Source of the DNA: an uncultured Candidatus Poseidoniales archaeon
GTDB lineage: Archaea > Thermoplasmatota > Poseidoniia > Poseidoniales > Thalassarchaeaceae
Length of the DNA stretch: 64,000 nt
NCBI GenBank assembly: GCA_963968165.1
Contig: CAXAFE010000012.1
Span: 3,964 to 67,963 of the forward strand
Direction of reading: 5' to 3'
How positions within the stretch are numbered: position 1 is the first letter of the stretch; each line of letters begins with the position of its first letter. Below the pieces are notes generated by a model. It did not search any database. It saw only the letters and a program-made list of their open reading frames with translations, and was not told the origin of the DNA. The position numbers and the translations under genes are program-made. Of this stretch, positions 1-9,177 are shown one piece after another.

Positions 1-1395
1 ATTCAAAATGGTCAAAATTCCCATAACAAATTCCCAGACTCCAACAACAATTGAAACGTAAACTCCATATTTTGGAGAAATTAAACCAAGTGTATTGAAT
101 AATGCTCCATAGGCAGTCAAAACTAAAAAGGTAGCAAAACCTATTCCTAGCCAAACGGGAATATCCGATATTCGTATTAATTGATCACCAGGACCCAATA
201 ATGCTGTAATTATACCAATAAAAAATGATAGTAAAATCACATAACTTCCGGTAACTGATAAATAACCAAGTAATCGGTAAAGGATGAATTCTCCCCGATG
301 TATTGGTTTTGATAGTAGATAATGTAAAGTTTCATTTTCAGTTTCATCTCTAACAAGTCCCAATGCTAAAAAGAGAGGTAAAAATAAACCAAGCAGTATG
401 ACAAAAGCCATTTTACCAACTCCGATGATAAAAGTTCTATGACTTGATTCACCCATATATTTCTCATCATCAACATCTTCATCTACATTTGAATCAGGAT
501 CGATGGATGCAATTTGATTTCCATTTGCATCAACCTCCCATAAAACATCACAAATTATGCCATTTTTATTCTTATCATTATCAAAATAATCTCCCTCATA
601 GTCAAAATATATTGAGGCTTGATCTTCATTAAAAACCCAATTTTCCCTGAGACAATCTCCATCATCATCGAAACCTTGACTCGATTGTAATAAATTTCCA
701 TTCCAATCTATATCGTCTTCATTGATATACATTGACTTTGGGTCAGGCTCAACAAAAAATGGTTCTGAAAAAATGCCCCATTGCATGGTTCTATCTGAAG
801 GAACATTTATTGCTCCATCTGCTTTAAATTCTCCATATAGAAAATATACATCATCATCATGTAAACATCCATATCCCCAACGTTCAGGATACCATTCGTC
901 GAAAACCTCTCCAGAAGGGCAAATAGTATTATTTACTATATCCCAATCTATAATTCCAGAAAATTCAGAACCTCGGTACTCTGAATCAATCCATGTTGAA
1001 TTCAAATAGCCTGTTCCAGTCCATGTATAATTTCCAGATACTTGTCGATTTGGATCGTTGAAATCAATTTCGCTTATCCCAATATATTCACTAGCACCAG
1101 GATAGGATTTTTTATCATAATCACTGTGACCGAATTTTATTTCTTGCCCTAACGGATATCCATCTCCATCGATATCATTTGAATCTCCATCATTGTCGAT
1201 AGAATCAAAACCTTCCCTTACCGAATCTACATAGAATGCTAGTAATAACGCCATTAGTAGTATTCCTACGCCAAGAACGACCCAAGTAGAAATTCGGTTT
1301 CTTAGTTGCCTTACTGTTAGTTCGATTATTGCTCCTGCTTTACGATCTAATTGGGACCAAACTGTCCCTCTCAAAGATAGGCCCTTTTCATCCAT
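1..1395 (-). CDS. ABC-2-type transporter permease, partial (C-terminus beyond window), with ~300-aa acidic extracytoplasmic insert
   Basis: Absent from ORF track because no stop lies inside the window. Reverse-strand ATG at 1395-1393 overlaps the upstream ATPase gene by 8 nt. My translation is MDEKGLSLRGTVWSQLDRKAGAIIELTVRQLRNRISTWVVLGVGILLMALLL. A D/N/W-rich segment follows (DNDGDSNDIDGDG, DDDGDC), then several hydrophobic helices to position 1. Confidence 0.7.
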   Translation of the reverse strand, partial: MDEKGLSLRGTVWSQLDRKAGAIIELTVRQLRNRISTWVVLGVGILLMALLLAFYVDSVREGFDSIDNDGDSNDIDGDGYPLGQEIKFGHSDYDKKSYPGASEYIGISEIDFNDPNRQVSGNYTWTGTGYLNSTWIDSEYRGSEFSGIIDWDIVNNTICPSGEVFDEWYPERWGYGCLHDDDVYFLYGEFKADGAINVPSDRTMQWGIFSEPFFVEPDPKSMYINEDDIDWNGNLLQSSQGFDDDGDCLRENWVFNEDQASIYFDYEGDYFDNDKNKNGIICDVLWEVDANGNQIASIDPDSNVDEDVDDEKYMGESSHRTFIIGVGKMAFVILLGLFLPLFLALGLVRDETENETLHYLLSKPIHRGEFILYRLLGYLSVTGSYVILLSFFIGIITALLGPGDQLIRISDIPVWLGIGFATFLVLTAYGALFNTLGLISPKYGVYVSIVVGVWEFVMGILTILN

Positions 1396-2341
1396 TATCT
1401 ATTCCCCCCAATAAGTAGCCAATCAATGAATCTAAATTATCATCTGGATTCTCTATTGAAGTTATTTTCTGACCTGATTTTACGATAGTAGCAGGCAGAA
1501 TACTATGGGCTTCAGACAGATTGTTAGTCTGAATCTCCAATATGCCTTCGTCTGGAAAACGGACTCCATAAACTGGATCTGAGGTTATGAATAATCCAGC
1601 TAAATCTCTTGGATTCTCGCATTTAATTAAAATTCTATGAGGATGTTGGTCTAATAAATCTCTAATCGCATGGAGATTTCCTATTGCAAGTAATTTACCG
1701 TTGTGTAAAATTACAATTTGTTCAGTTATACGTTCAATCTCTTCCAAAATATGACTTGAAATTAGTACTGTCTTACCTTGTGAACCAAGCTCCCTAACTA
1801 CACTCATTATACTTGTTCTTGCAATTGGATCACAACCATGTAAAGGTTCATCTAAAATTATTAAATCAGGATCATGAACTAACGCATGTGCTATTTTTAC
1901 TCTCTGCCTCATGCCTTTACTATATTTTCCAATTTCTTTATGAAAAACATCTCCAAGCCCTACAAATTCCAAAACATGTTTGGACCTTTCAGTAGCTTCA
2001 TCTCTAGACATACCATGGAGCCTAGCTAATGTTGAAATGAAGTCTAAAGCTGTCATCCAATCATACATTCTTTCTGACTCGCTAACATATCCAATACGCC
2101 GATATGGAGAGGTACTTTTCCATGGATCTATGCCAAATAATCTTACTGTTCCTTGACTTGGTTTAAGACGGCCCATTAGTAATTTAAAAAGAGTAGATTT
2201 TCCTGCACCGTTTGGCCCTAAAATTCCCGTTACACCCCCTTCTATAGCCAATGATATATTATTTATTCCGATAACTTCTCCGTACCATTTAGATACATTC
2301 TCGAGTAATACCGAAGGAGTTTTGGAGTTATTTTCATTCAT
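1388..2341 (-). CDS. ABC transporter ATP-binding protein
   Basis: Walker A GPNGAGKST, signature YSKGMRQRV, Walker B LIILDEPLHG. It overlaps the upstream membrane gene by 4 nt. Confidence 0.9.
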   Translation of the reverse strand: MNENNSKTPSVLLENVSKWYGEVIGINNISLAIEGGVTGILGPNGAGKSTLFKLLMGRLKPSQGTVRLFGIDPWKSTSPYRRIGYVSESERMYDWMTALDFISTLARLHGMSRDEATERSKHVLEFVGLGDVFHKEIGKYSKGMRQRVKIAHALVHDPDLIILDEPLHGCDPIARTSIMSVVRELGSQGKTVLISSHILEEIERITEQIVILHNGKLLAIGNLHAIRDLLDQHPHRILIKCENPRDLAGLFITSDPVYGVRFPDEGILEIQTNNLSEAHSILPATIVKSGQKITSIENPDDNLDSLIGYLLGGIDNG

Positions 2342-3309
2342 TCTCTAGTAACCTCCATAGAGCTAATGCGCGAAACTAATATTCCCATCGAAATGGCATT
2401 CATAATTATTAGAGAAACGATAGAAAAGGATAGTGGATGACCATAATTTAAATCAATTCCAAGTAAAAATTGACCAAGATGAGCTAAGCAATCATATGGG
2501 CTCAGAATATACATTATTGAGGTGTCAAATTGTAAGTCGACTAAAAGGGCAACCATTTTTGTTCCATAAATTACGCTCAGGAACCCTATGGCGGCAAAAA
2601 ATCTACTTTGACTTATGCTCGATAATGCTAAACCAATCGAAGTATAGGTCAATATCAAGAATAATCCTGCAATCATTCCTCCCAAAAATAGTGGTAATGT
2701 ATCTATCAAATATGCCCATCCTTCTCCTCGGAATACTATTGCTGATGTATAATATGCAAAATAGGAAAATAATATAACGAAGCCGAGAATAACAGAGACG
2801 CTCACATATTTCATAGCAGTGTAATCAAAACGATTAATTGGTCGAGAAAAATAAATTGCGCTTGTTCCGTTCCTTCGATCATCTGATATCATTCCACCAA
2901 CTACTAATGCAGTTAAAAGAGGCCACATACATAGATTTCTTGGAAAGTATCCCAATACCTGGCCCCAAAGATTGTATCTATTAATTCCCCACATTTTTGA
3001 TATAAAATCACCATCCTGGCCAGGTAGCAATGAAGAGAGGAATAACATCGGAATAGGAGTTAAGGAAGCTAGAAATATTACTAAAATTGTTAATCTCACA
3101 AATGGGTGATAATATCTATGTCCCTTGCTAGTGAATAAGCCATATACGTGGTGACGATATATAGAATAATTACGCATCCATCGAGGACCTAGTGCTCCAT
3201 CCCATGTCTTGTAAGATTGATCAAAAATAGCTCCTAAATTAGCTTCTTTTTTTGCTACTATAGCCGTCATTTCCTGATCTCCATCTCCGGAACCATAGGC
3301 AACTTCCAT
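2338..3309 (-). CDS. Polytopic membrane protein, probable ABC-2-type permease partner
   Basis: About 6 hydrophobic segments. Sits between two ABC ATPase genes with overlapping stop/start. The start may be the internal Met (MTAIVAKK). Confidence 0.6.
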   Translation of the reverse strand: MEVAYGSGDGDQEMTAIVAKKEANLGAIFDQSYKTWDGALGPRWMRNYSIYRHHVYGLFTSKGHRYYHPFVRLTILVIFLASLTPIPMLFLSSLLPGQDGDFISKMWGINRYNLWGQVLGYFPRNLCMWPLLTALVVGGMISDDRRNGTSAIYFSRPINRFDYTAMKYVSVSVILGFVILFSYFAYYTSAIVFRGEGWAYLIDTLPLFLGGMIAGLFLILTYTSIGLALSSISQSRFFAAIGFLSVIYGTKMVALLVDLQFDTSIMYILSPYDCLAHLGQFLLGIDLNYGHPLSFSIVSLIIMNAISMGILVSRISSMEVTRE

Positions 3310-3349
3310 CCTAGTTTTAGTGCCTCCAATATCAATATCATTAGACAGA

Positions 3350-4339
3350 TTATTCGTCCCCCTTATGTTCTGAGGTCATTAAATCGGATGTCCCTTTTAT
3401 TTCCTCACCTAATTTATCCATAATTAGTAAGAATATATCTTCTAAGTCAGGTTGATACTCTTTAAGTTGGCGAACTTGTACTTTACAATCTGCTGCGATT
3501 TTTAAAATTCCACCAATAGTATTGGAATCTATAAGGGTTATTCTTAGGACGCGCCCCAGCCTTCTAACTTTATATCCATTTTTTAGAAGATTTGTTTCCA
3601 TATTTGATGCGCCCCCCCATATAGTTACTTCAATTTCTTTTTCTACTTGTTTAACTAGTTCATCAATACTTTTTTGCAAAACTACTTGCCCTTTGTATAT
3701 CATCAATATACTACTGCATACTTCTTGGACATCTTCCATAACGTGGCTACTTAATAATACAGTTCTACCTCCTTCTTGGGCAGTTCTCTTGAGTGTGTCT
3801 AACATGAATTTTCTTGCTCTCTTATCTAGACCATTTGTTGGTTCATCGCATATCAAAATTTCTGGATCGTGAATTAGTGCACATGCCAACTTAGTAGCTT
3901 GTTTCATACCGGTACTGAAAGTATCTATTTTTCTATATCTTTGATCTTTGAGCCCGACATATTCTAGAACTTCATGAGCACGTTGGATAGCCACATCAGT
4001 ATTCATTCCAAGTATTTCACCTGAATATCTCACTTGATCGATTGCTGATAATCCGGGATCTAATGCATCATATTCTGGCATATAGCCAATTCTTGAGCGA
4101 ATTTTATTACCTTCTTTTTGTATATCATAACCCAACACATGGCCACTGCCTGAGGTAATCTGTATTAGCCCAAGTATGCATTTGAAAAGTGTAGATTTGC
4201 CAGCACCATTGGGGCCGAGTACTCCGACTGCTCCTCTGGGAATTCTTAGATTTATATTATCTAATGCCAAATGAGGACCATACATTTTACTAAGATTTTT
4301 GGTCTCTATGGCCCAGTCATATTCCATATCTTCAGCCAT
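3350..4339 (-). CDS. ABC transporter ATP-binding protein
   Basis: Walker A GPNGAGKST, signature FSTGMKQATKLA, Walker B ILICDEPTNGLD. An AAGGTGA Shine-Dalgarno-like sequence lies upstream of the ATG on the minus strand. Confidence 0.9.
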   Translation of the reverse strand: MAEDMEYDWAIETKNLSKMYGPHLALDNINLRIPRGAVGVLGPNGAGKSTLFKCILGLIQITSGSGHVLGYDIQKEGNKIRSRIGYMPEYDALDPGLSAIDQVRYSGEILGMNTDVAIQRAHEVLEYVGLKDQRYRKIDTFSTGMKQATKLACALIHDPEILICDEPTNGLDKRARKFMLDTLKRTAQEGGRTVLLSSHVMEDVQEVCSSILMIYKGQVVLQKSIDELVKQVEKEIEVTIWGGASNMETNLLKNGYKVRRLGRVLRITLIDSNTIGGILKIAADCKVQVRQLKEYQPDLEDIFLLIMDKLGEEIKGTSDLMTSEHKGDE

Positions 4340-4370
4340 ATTAGTCTCACCTTGTTGCTAACTATTGTAA

Positions 4371-4383
4371 ACGCCTTCGGCGT
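4371..4383 (-). terminator. Short perfect hairpin between tgtA stop and ABC operon start (possible terminator or processing element)
   Basis: acgcc-ttc-ggcgt forms a 5-bp GC-rich stem in an AT-rich spacer. No long T-run follows, so the function is uncertain. Confidence 0.25.
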
Positions 4384-4418
4384 AAGTCATATCAAATAAT
4401 CCCTAAATTGTGTTATAA

Positions 4419-6578
4419 TTAATCATTTATTTTTAAAGCACCATCTCTTACTTTTACTGCTATACCTTTCTTCATTGATTGCATTTCAATTGAGTTTGTC
4501 AATGCTATTCCATGTGCTACAAGATTTCCTTTAGAATCTACTACTAGGCATGGTAGACCGGGAATTATGTGTTCATCTGCGCCAGAAATATATCCATGCA
4601 TAACATTCCTTCCTATCCCAACAAAAGGTATTGCATCATCTATTATGCATATTTTGGGAATGCCAAGAAAATCAATATCTTCATCTTCTAAATCAAAAGT
4701 AGGGATTTTAGGGTACATAGAAGATAGGATTTTAGCCCCTTCAACAGTTAACGAAATTCCTCCATCAGATAGGCGGGGAGAAAGTATATGTTTTTCATTT
4801 GAGTATACATTAACCATACGATCCGTATTTGATCGTCTACTGGTCATATTCTCGGTAAATTTGCAACCATCATTAGGATTAATACAACATAATAGCGCAA
4901 GTTTATCGACTATTGAGCATCTATCTAACCAATTCCTAATTTTTTGATAATTATCAGGTTTTTCTTCTGAAGATTTCTCATGATTAATAGTAATATAAGG
5001 TATTTTTTCTAATCCTAAATCAGATAAAAATTCATATATTTCATCATCATCATATTCAATATTCCACATCTCATCTGAACCATCTAAGTGGCACCAAGGA
5101 GATAAGTCTTCTATTGAAAATGGAATTATTCCAAGTGGAGTCATTATTAGGGGAATACTATTTGGGACTTCGATGAGATATTTGACTATAGAGTCTATTG
5201 AGGATATTCTCCAAGGTGGTGAAGTTTTATTGATGATTATCAGCCTCTTTGGTTCAATAATTGAACCATCCCACCATGAACCCGGATATCTCCATCTTAT
5301 TGCTAAAAGTGCTTGAAGATGTAAAATGTGAGGCCTTAATTCTATGTCATGACTTATAGATTCCCCGCCTTTTCTTATCGGATTAGTAGAGGAAATGATG
5401 TCAAGCACGGACTCTCCAATAGGACCTTCATCAGGATCGGCTAGTTGGTCCAGGACCCAAAGAAATGCCGTACGTAATTGTGGTGAACAATGACTTCTCT
5501 GCTCGGCTAATTGCCAAATCTTTCCATCCCTCACTGCTTCTCGGCATCGTGATAGTTCAGATTGTGTAATTTCTAAATTATGTCGTGCTAATATAGATGT
5601 AACATCGTTCTTACTCATTTTCTTTAATTGCTCGGGAGTGGTGCCAAATAATGCCCTAGACGAAATAGGCCATTCTTTGATATCAGATAATTTTACAGTT
5701 CCTGTTGGCGTAAGTAGTCTGCCATCTCTTGCAAATAATACGTAGGCGGCGCTATCAAAAATATCAACGCCCAAAGCTATCGAAAGTGGAAATAAAATTG
5801 GATGCCCGCACCCAAAGAAATGAATTGGCTTACTTGGAGGTATTTGTGACTTTGATGAAAGCAAAATTTGGAACAATTCCTTATATCTTTGATTTTCCAT
5901 TAGTGGTACTATTCCTCCAATCGGATGGATTGTAAATTTACGATATTTACCTTCAATTGAAGACATTTTAGAGCTAGATAATGCCCTTAAATCTTCATAT
6001 AAACCTCCTTGTATGGGCCCATTTAGAAGTAAATCTTTACCAGCAATTTCAAGAGATTTTGGTGCTCTATTTGCAGTCTCTTCCACAGCATATTCTAATT
6101 CTTCTCTAGACATATCTGGACGGCCAAAGATATCCAACATAGTTCCTATATCTACTCTAATATCTTTTTGGAATTGTACTATTTCAGAAACGCCTACTTC
6201 GACATCGCCATAAATGTAAGATTGAAAAGTACCAGAATCAGTAACTATGACTCCTGGAAATTCTAAAAGCTCATGAACTCCTTTTTTTAGGGTTTCTTCT
6301 TTTAAGTCGTTGTGTTTCCAAATTATGTAAGAATTTGTAATTATTCCTTCAACTCCAAAATCTTCCCACATCTCTTTAGGTTCAATTGTCCTAATATTTG
6401 GATTAATTACCGGCAGTAACATTGGAGTATTTAATATTCCATGTTTGGTATGTAGTCTACCAATTCTTGAGTTTCCATCTCGTACCAATATCTCAAATTT
6501 TCCTAAATCATAATCTTTGCAAGGAATAGGAGTTGGAGGAGCAGGCACAATGTTCGAGAGAGGGTTTTGGGTCATCAA
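4419..6578 (-). CDS. tgtA: Archaeosine tRNA-guanine transglycosylase (ArcTGT) with C-terminal PUA domain
   Basis: N-terminal TGT barrel motifs RIGRLHTKHGILNTPMLLPVINPN, VIVTDSGTFQ, FFGCGHP and DIFDSAAY. The C-terminal PUA-like end is ...VVDSKGNLVAHGIALTNSIEMQSMKKGIAVKVR. At 719 aa it is longer than typical. Confidence 0.85.
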   Translation of the reverse strand: MMTQNPLSNIVPAPPTPIPCKDYDLGKFEILVRDGNSRIGRLHTKHGILNTPMLLPVINPNIRTIEPKEMWEDFGVEGIITNSYIIWKHNDLKEETLKKGVHELLEFPGVIVTDSGTFQSYIYGDVEVGVSEIVQFQKDIRVDIGTMLDIFGRPDMSREELEYAVEETANRAPKSLEIAGKDLLLNGPIQGGLYEDLRALSSSKMSSIEGKYRKFTIHPIGGIVPLMENQRYKELFQILLSSKSQIPPSKPIHFFGCGHPILFPLSIALGVDIFDSAAYVLFARDGRLLTPTGTVKLSDIKEWPISSRALFGTTPEQLKKMSKNDVTSILARHNLEITQSELSRCREAVRDGKIWQLAEQRSHCSPQLRTAFLWVLDQLADPDEGPIGESVLDIISSTNPIRKGGESISHDIELRPHILHLQALLAIRWRYPGSWWDGSIIEPKRLIIINKTSPPWRISSIDSIVKYLIEVPNSIPLIMTPLGIIPFSIEDLSPWCHLDGSDEMWNIEYDDDEIYEFLSDLGLEKIPYITINHEKSSEEKPDNYQKIRNWLDRCSIVDKLALLCCINPNDGCKFTENMTSRRSNTDRMVNVYSNEKHILSPRLSDGGISLTVEGAKILSSMYPKIPTFDLEDEDIDFLGIPKICIIDDAIPFVGIGRNVMHGYISGADEHIIPGLPCLVVDSKGNLVAHGIALTNSIEMQSMKKGIAVKVRDGALKIND

Positions 6579-8359
6579 TCCTCGCTATTTCTTACTAAAA
6601 CTTTCAATGTAGTAATGCCATCTTTCAAGGACATTTCAATTTCATCTCCAGAATTTATCAGAATTGTTGGGTCAGAATCAAAACCATAAGAATAAGGTAA
6701 GTTGAGAAGGGAAGTTGCAGGTAACGTTAGTGGGCAAACATCAGTATTGACTATTGCTTTGGGACCCTTATTAGTATAGATTAAACCCATCAATACAAAG
6801 GGTGCAACAGTAGAGCCTGAACCTTTTGGATAAATTAGGATAGTATCTTCCATTAAAGCTCCATTCAAAGGGTGCCCAGCTTCTTCAATTTCTCCAGTAT
6901 CTCTATTTACATAACCAAGATACGTAATTGGAACATCTGTTACTAGTGCTTTACCCGTAACCGTCCATTCATTCTGACTTGGTAAGCCTTGGCCAGAAAT
7001 AATTAGTTCTGAATTTTGATGAGTTTTCATTGTCGCGATAGTTTTCGCAGATTTTGAATCAATAGTAGGCCTTGGAGCAGTAATTAATTTGTCATCAAAT
7101 GCATTGGCTACGCAGTCATATATATTTGCAACACTTGTTGGCATACGGTTTAGACCACTTGTTAAGTAATGTTCTGCTTTCAGTGAGTTAGTTAGAATAT
7201 GATTGTAATGTTTCCTATTATATGGAGTGACTTCTGGGCAAGTATCTCTTAGGATTAATGCTCCTGCTTCTTCCAATATTCCTACAGTACCATCGGCATC
7301 TAAAATGTCATAGTTGTGTTTACTTGTAAACAGCCATAGACGATTGTTAACAATTCTTTCACCAAGTTCCATCCGAGCTCTTGCGGCTGCTGCTGTTGCC
7401 CTTGCTTCTCCTACGCTTGCTTGAGGGCACCCTATTACAATAAGATCGACGATGCCTTTTGGCGATAGTTCAATATATCTTTTAGATAATTCATTATCGT
7501 CAAAAATTATTTCTGCCTGATAATTATTTGAGACAGGATTTTGAGTATGCCCTTCTATCCACAACATTGGACAACCATAGTTAGCAGCAGAAGCAGTAAG
7601 TGCTTTTCGCATTTCAAAAGATATATTTTTTGGCAATCCCATAATATGGGGCATCGGGCCCCATGGTAAATGCCAATCGGGCTTTATTTGCTTCCCTATC
7701 CAATCTCCCAATATACTCCAATCAGTAGTATCTGCCATTTCGCATGTTACTCTAACAAGAATATTTGGAGTTCTATTTTCGGGGATATGCAATCCCCAGT
7801 ATGGAGCCCACCCCGTGAGTGCAGTTGCAATAGCCGACAATCCAGATTCTCTATTTGTTATCAATGAAGTATATGAATTAGAGAAACAGACTGCATTAGA
7901 TTCTGCCCATGAACCTATTCCTTTGCTTGTATCGATTCCTTGGTCATATGGCGTACAAGAAAGTGTTGCTTCAATTCCTAGCTCCGAATATGCACGTACA
8001 ATCTCGAACTGATACTTTAAAAAATCAGGATAGTCGATATCCATTTCTTCAATTTTTTCTAAATCACAACCAGCAGAATTTAGAGTAGTTGGTATTACGA
8101 CTCTACCTTGTGGATCGCCAGATAAATCTGATAAAAAACGGCGTAATCCATGTCCTCCGGTTATTACGCTGACGCCCGAAACATGAGAATTGTCACATCT
8201 GACAAATTTAGTAGCAGAAGCGGTCGCTGCCAAGTCTATGACTAATCTAGCTGCTTTTTGTTTCGTTGGACCTGAGAGTCCATCTAACATAGAAGTGAGC
8301 TCATCAGGTATCTCCACATAGCCACGATGTAGTAGAGTACCATCAATATTGGGGGTCAA
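6575..8359 (-). CDS. Aconitase X family protein, fused large (DUF521-like) and small (DUF126-like) domains
   Basis: The large-domain pattern is TLSCTPYDQG, WAESNAVCFSNS, TGWAPYWGLH and VIGCPQASVGE. The C-terminal ~130 aa show ITYLGYVNRDTGEI and LIYPKGSGSTVAPFVL, typical of the small subunit. TTG start. Overlaps tgtA by 4 nt. Confidence 0.75.
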   Translation of the reverse strand: MTPNIDGTLLHRGYVEIPDELTSMLDGLSGPTKQKAARLVIDLAATASATKFVRCDNSHVSGVSVITGGHGLRRFLSDLSGDPQGRVVIPTTLNSAGCDLEKIEEMDIDYPDFLKYQFEIVRAYSELGIEATLSCTPYDQGIDTSKGIGSWAESNAVCFSNSYTSLITNRESGLSAIATALTGWAPYWGLHIPENRTPNILVRVTCEMADTTDWSILGDWIGKQIKPDWHLPWGPMPHIMGLPKNISFEMRKALTASAANYGCPMLWIEGHTQNPVSNNYQAEIIFDDNELSKRYIELSPKGIVDLIVIGCPQASVGEARATAAAARARMELGERIVNNRLWLFTSKHNYDILDADGTVGILEEAGALILRDTCPEVTPYNRKHYNHILTNSLKAEHYLTSGLNRMPTSVANIYDCVANAFDDKLITAPRPTIDSKSAKTIATMKTHQNSELIISGQGLPSQNEWTVTGKALVTDVPITYLGYVNRDTGEIEEAGHPLNGALMEDTILIYPKGSGSTVAPFVLMGLIYTNKGPKAIVNTDVCPLTLPATSLLNLPYSYGFDSDPTILINSGDEIEMSLKDGITTLKVLVRNSED

Positions 8360-8389
8360 ATTTATTTAATTTACTAAAAAATAGAAAAT

Positions 8390-9106
8390 TTATATTGTCC
8401 GTTGTCGTTGTGCTTCAGCAGCAACAATGGCCATTGGGGCCTGAAGATTAAATGATGGTACAAAACCAGTCATAGGAATTCGTAAAATACTATCTGATTT
8501 TTCTAATATCGACTTTGAAATTCCAGATCTTTCGCCTCCAATAATAAGCATTATATTTCCAGTTAAGTCTTCATCCCAAGGTGATTTTTGACCGACATCT
8601 TCTATTGAGATAATCTTGAAGTTATATGATTTGGCCTTATTAACTATTTTTTCACTATCTACCCAATGTATAGGTATAAATCGATGAGCTTTCATAGATG
8701 CTCTTAGAGCACCTTTTCTTTCAGTATTACTCATGTCGCTATCGATAAATACTGCGCTGGAACCACTAACTTCAGCAGTCCTTATGGTGAATCCTATGTT
8801 TACAGGATACTTGGCACCTGCTAGTAGCCATACAATTCCCCCATTTACGAAAACCTCATCGATTCCCGCATCAGGATTTCTACCAACAAGGGCAAGGATA
8901 TTATGATGTATGGGGCCTTTATTATCTCTAGCCATCCTCCATAAGTCTCTTTCAGAACCTTCTTTTATTGGAATATTTTTATCATTAGCCAAATCTAGTA
9001 ATTTCAGAATCTCTTTATCTTTAGAATCTCGAAGAACAAGTACTAATGAAATAGGTTCATTATTCAAAAAAGCAAGTCCGACTTCCTTAACTCCACACCT
9101 TTGCAT
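8390..9106 (-). CDS. SpoU/TrmH-family (SPOUT) RNA 2'-O-methyltransferase
   Basis: The C-terminal SPOUT knot motifs are LIIGGERSGIS, LRIPMTG and SFNLQAPMAI. Confidence 0.8.
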   Translation of the reverse strand: MQRCGVKEVGLAFLNNEPISLVLVLRDSKDKEILKLLDLANDKNIPIKEGSERDLWRMARDNKGPIHHNILALVGRNPDAGIDEVFVNGGIVWLLAGAKYPVNIGFTIRTAEVSGSSAVFIDSDMSNTERKGALRASMKAHRFIPIHWVDSEKIVNKAKSYNFKIISIEDVGQKSPWDEDLTGNIMLIIGGERSGISKSILEKSDSILRIPMTGFVPSFNLQAPMAIVAAEAQRQRTI

Positions 9107-9177
9107 TGTCCTTGCGGTGCATCATTAGATAATTTGCTTTGGGATTATTTTAGGAAAATATACGATTGATATTATCA

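Noticed and set aside
444-1009. Plus-strand ORFs of 62 and 95 aa at the window start
   Set aside because: They are antisense to the long open minus-strand frame that encodes the ABC-2 permease ectodomain. Their H/L/Q- and S-rich low-complexity translations look spurious.
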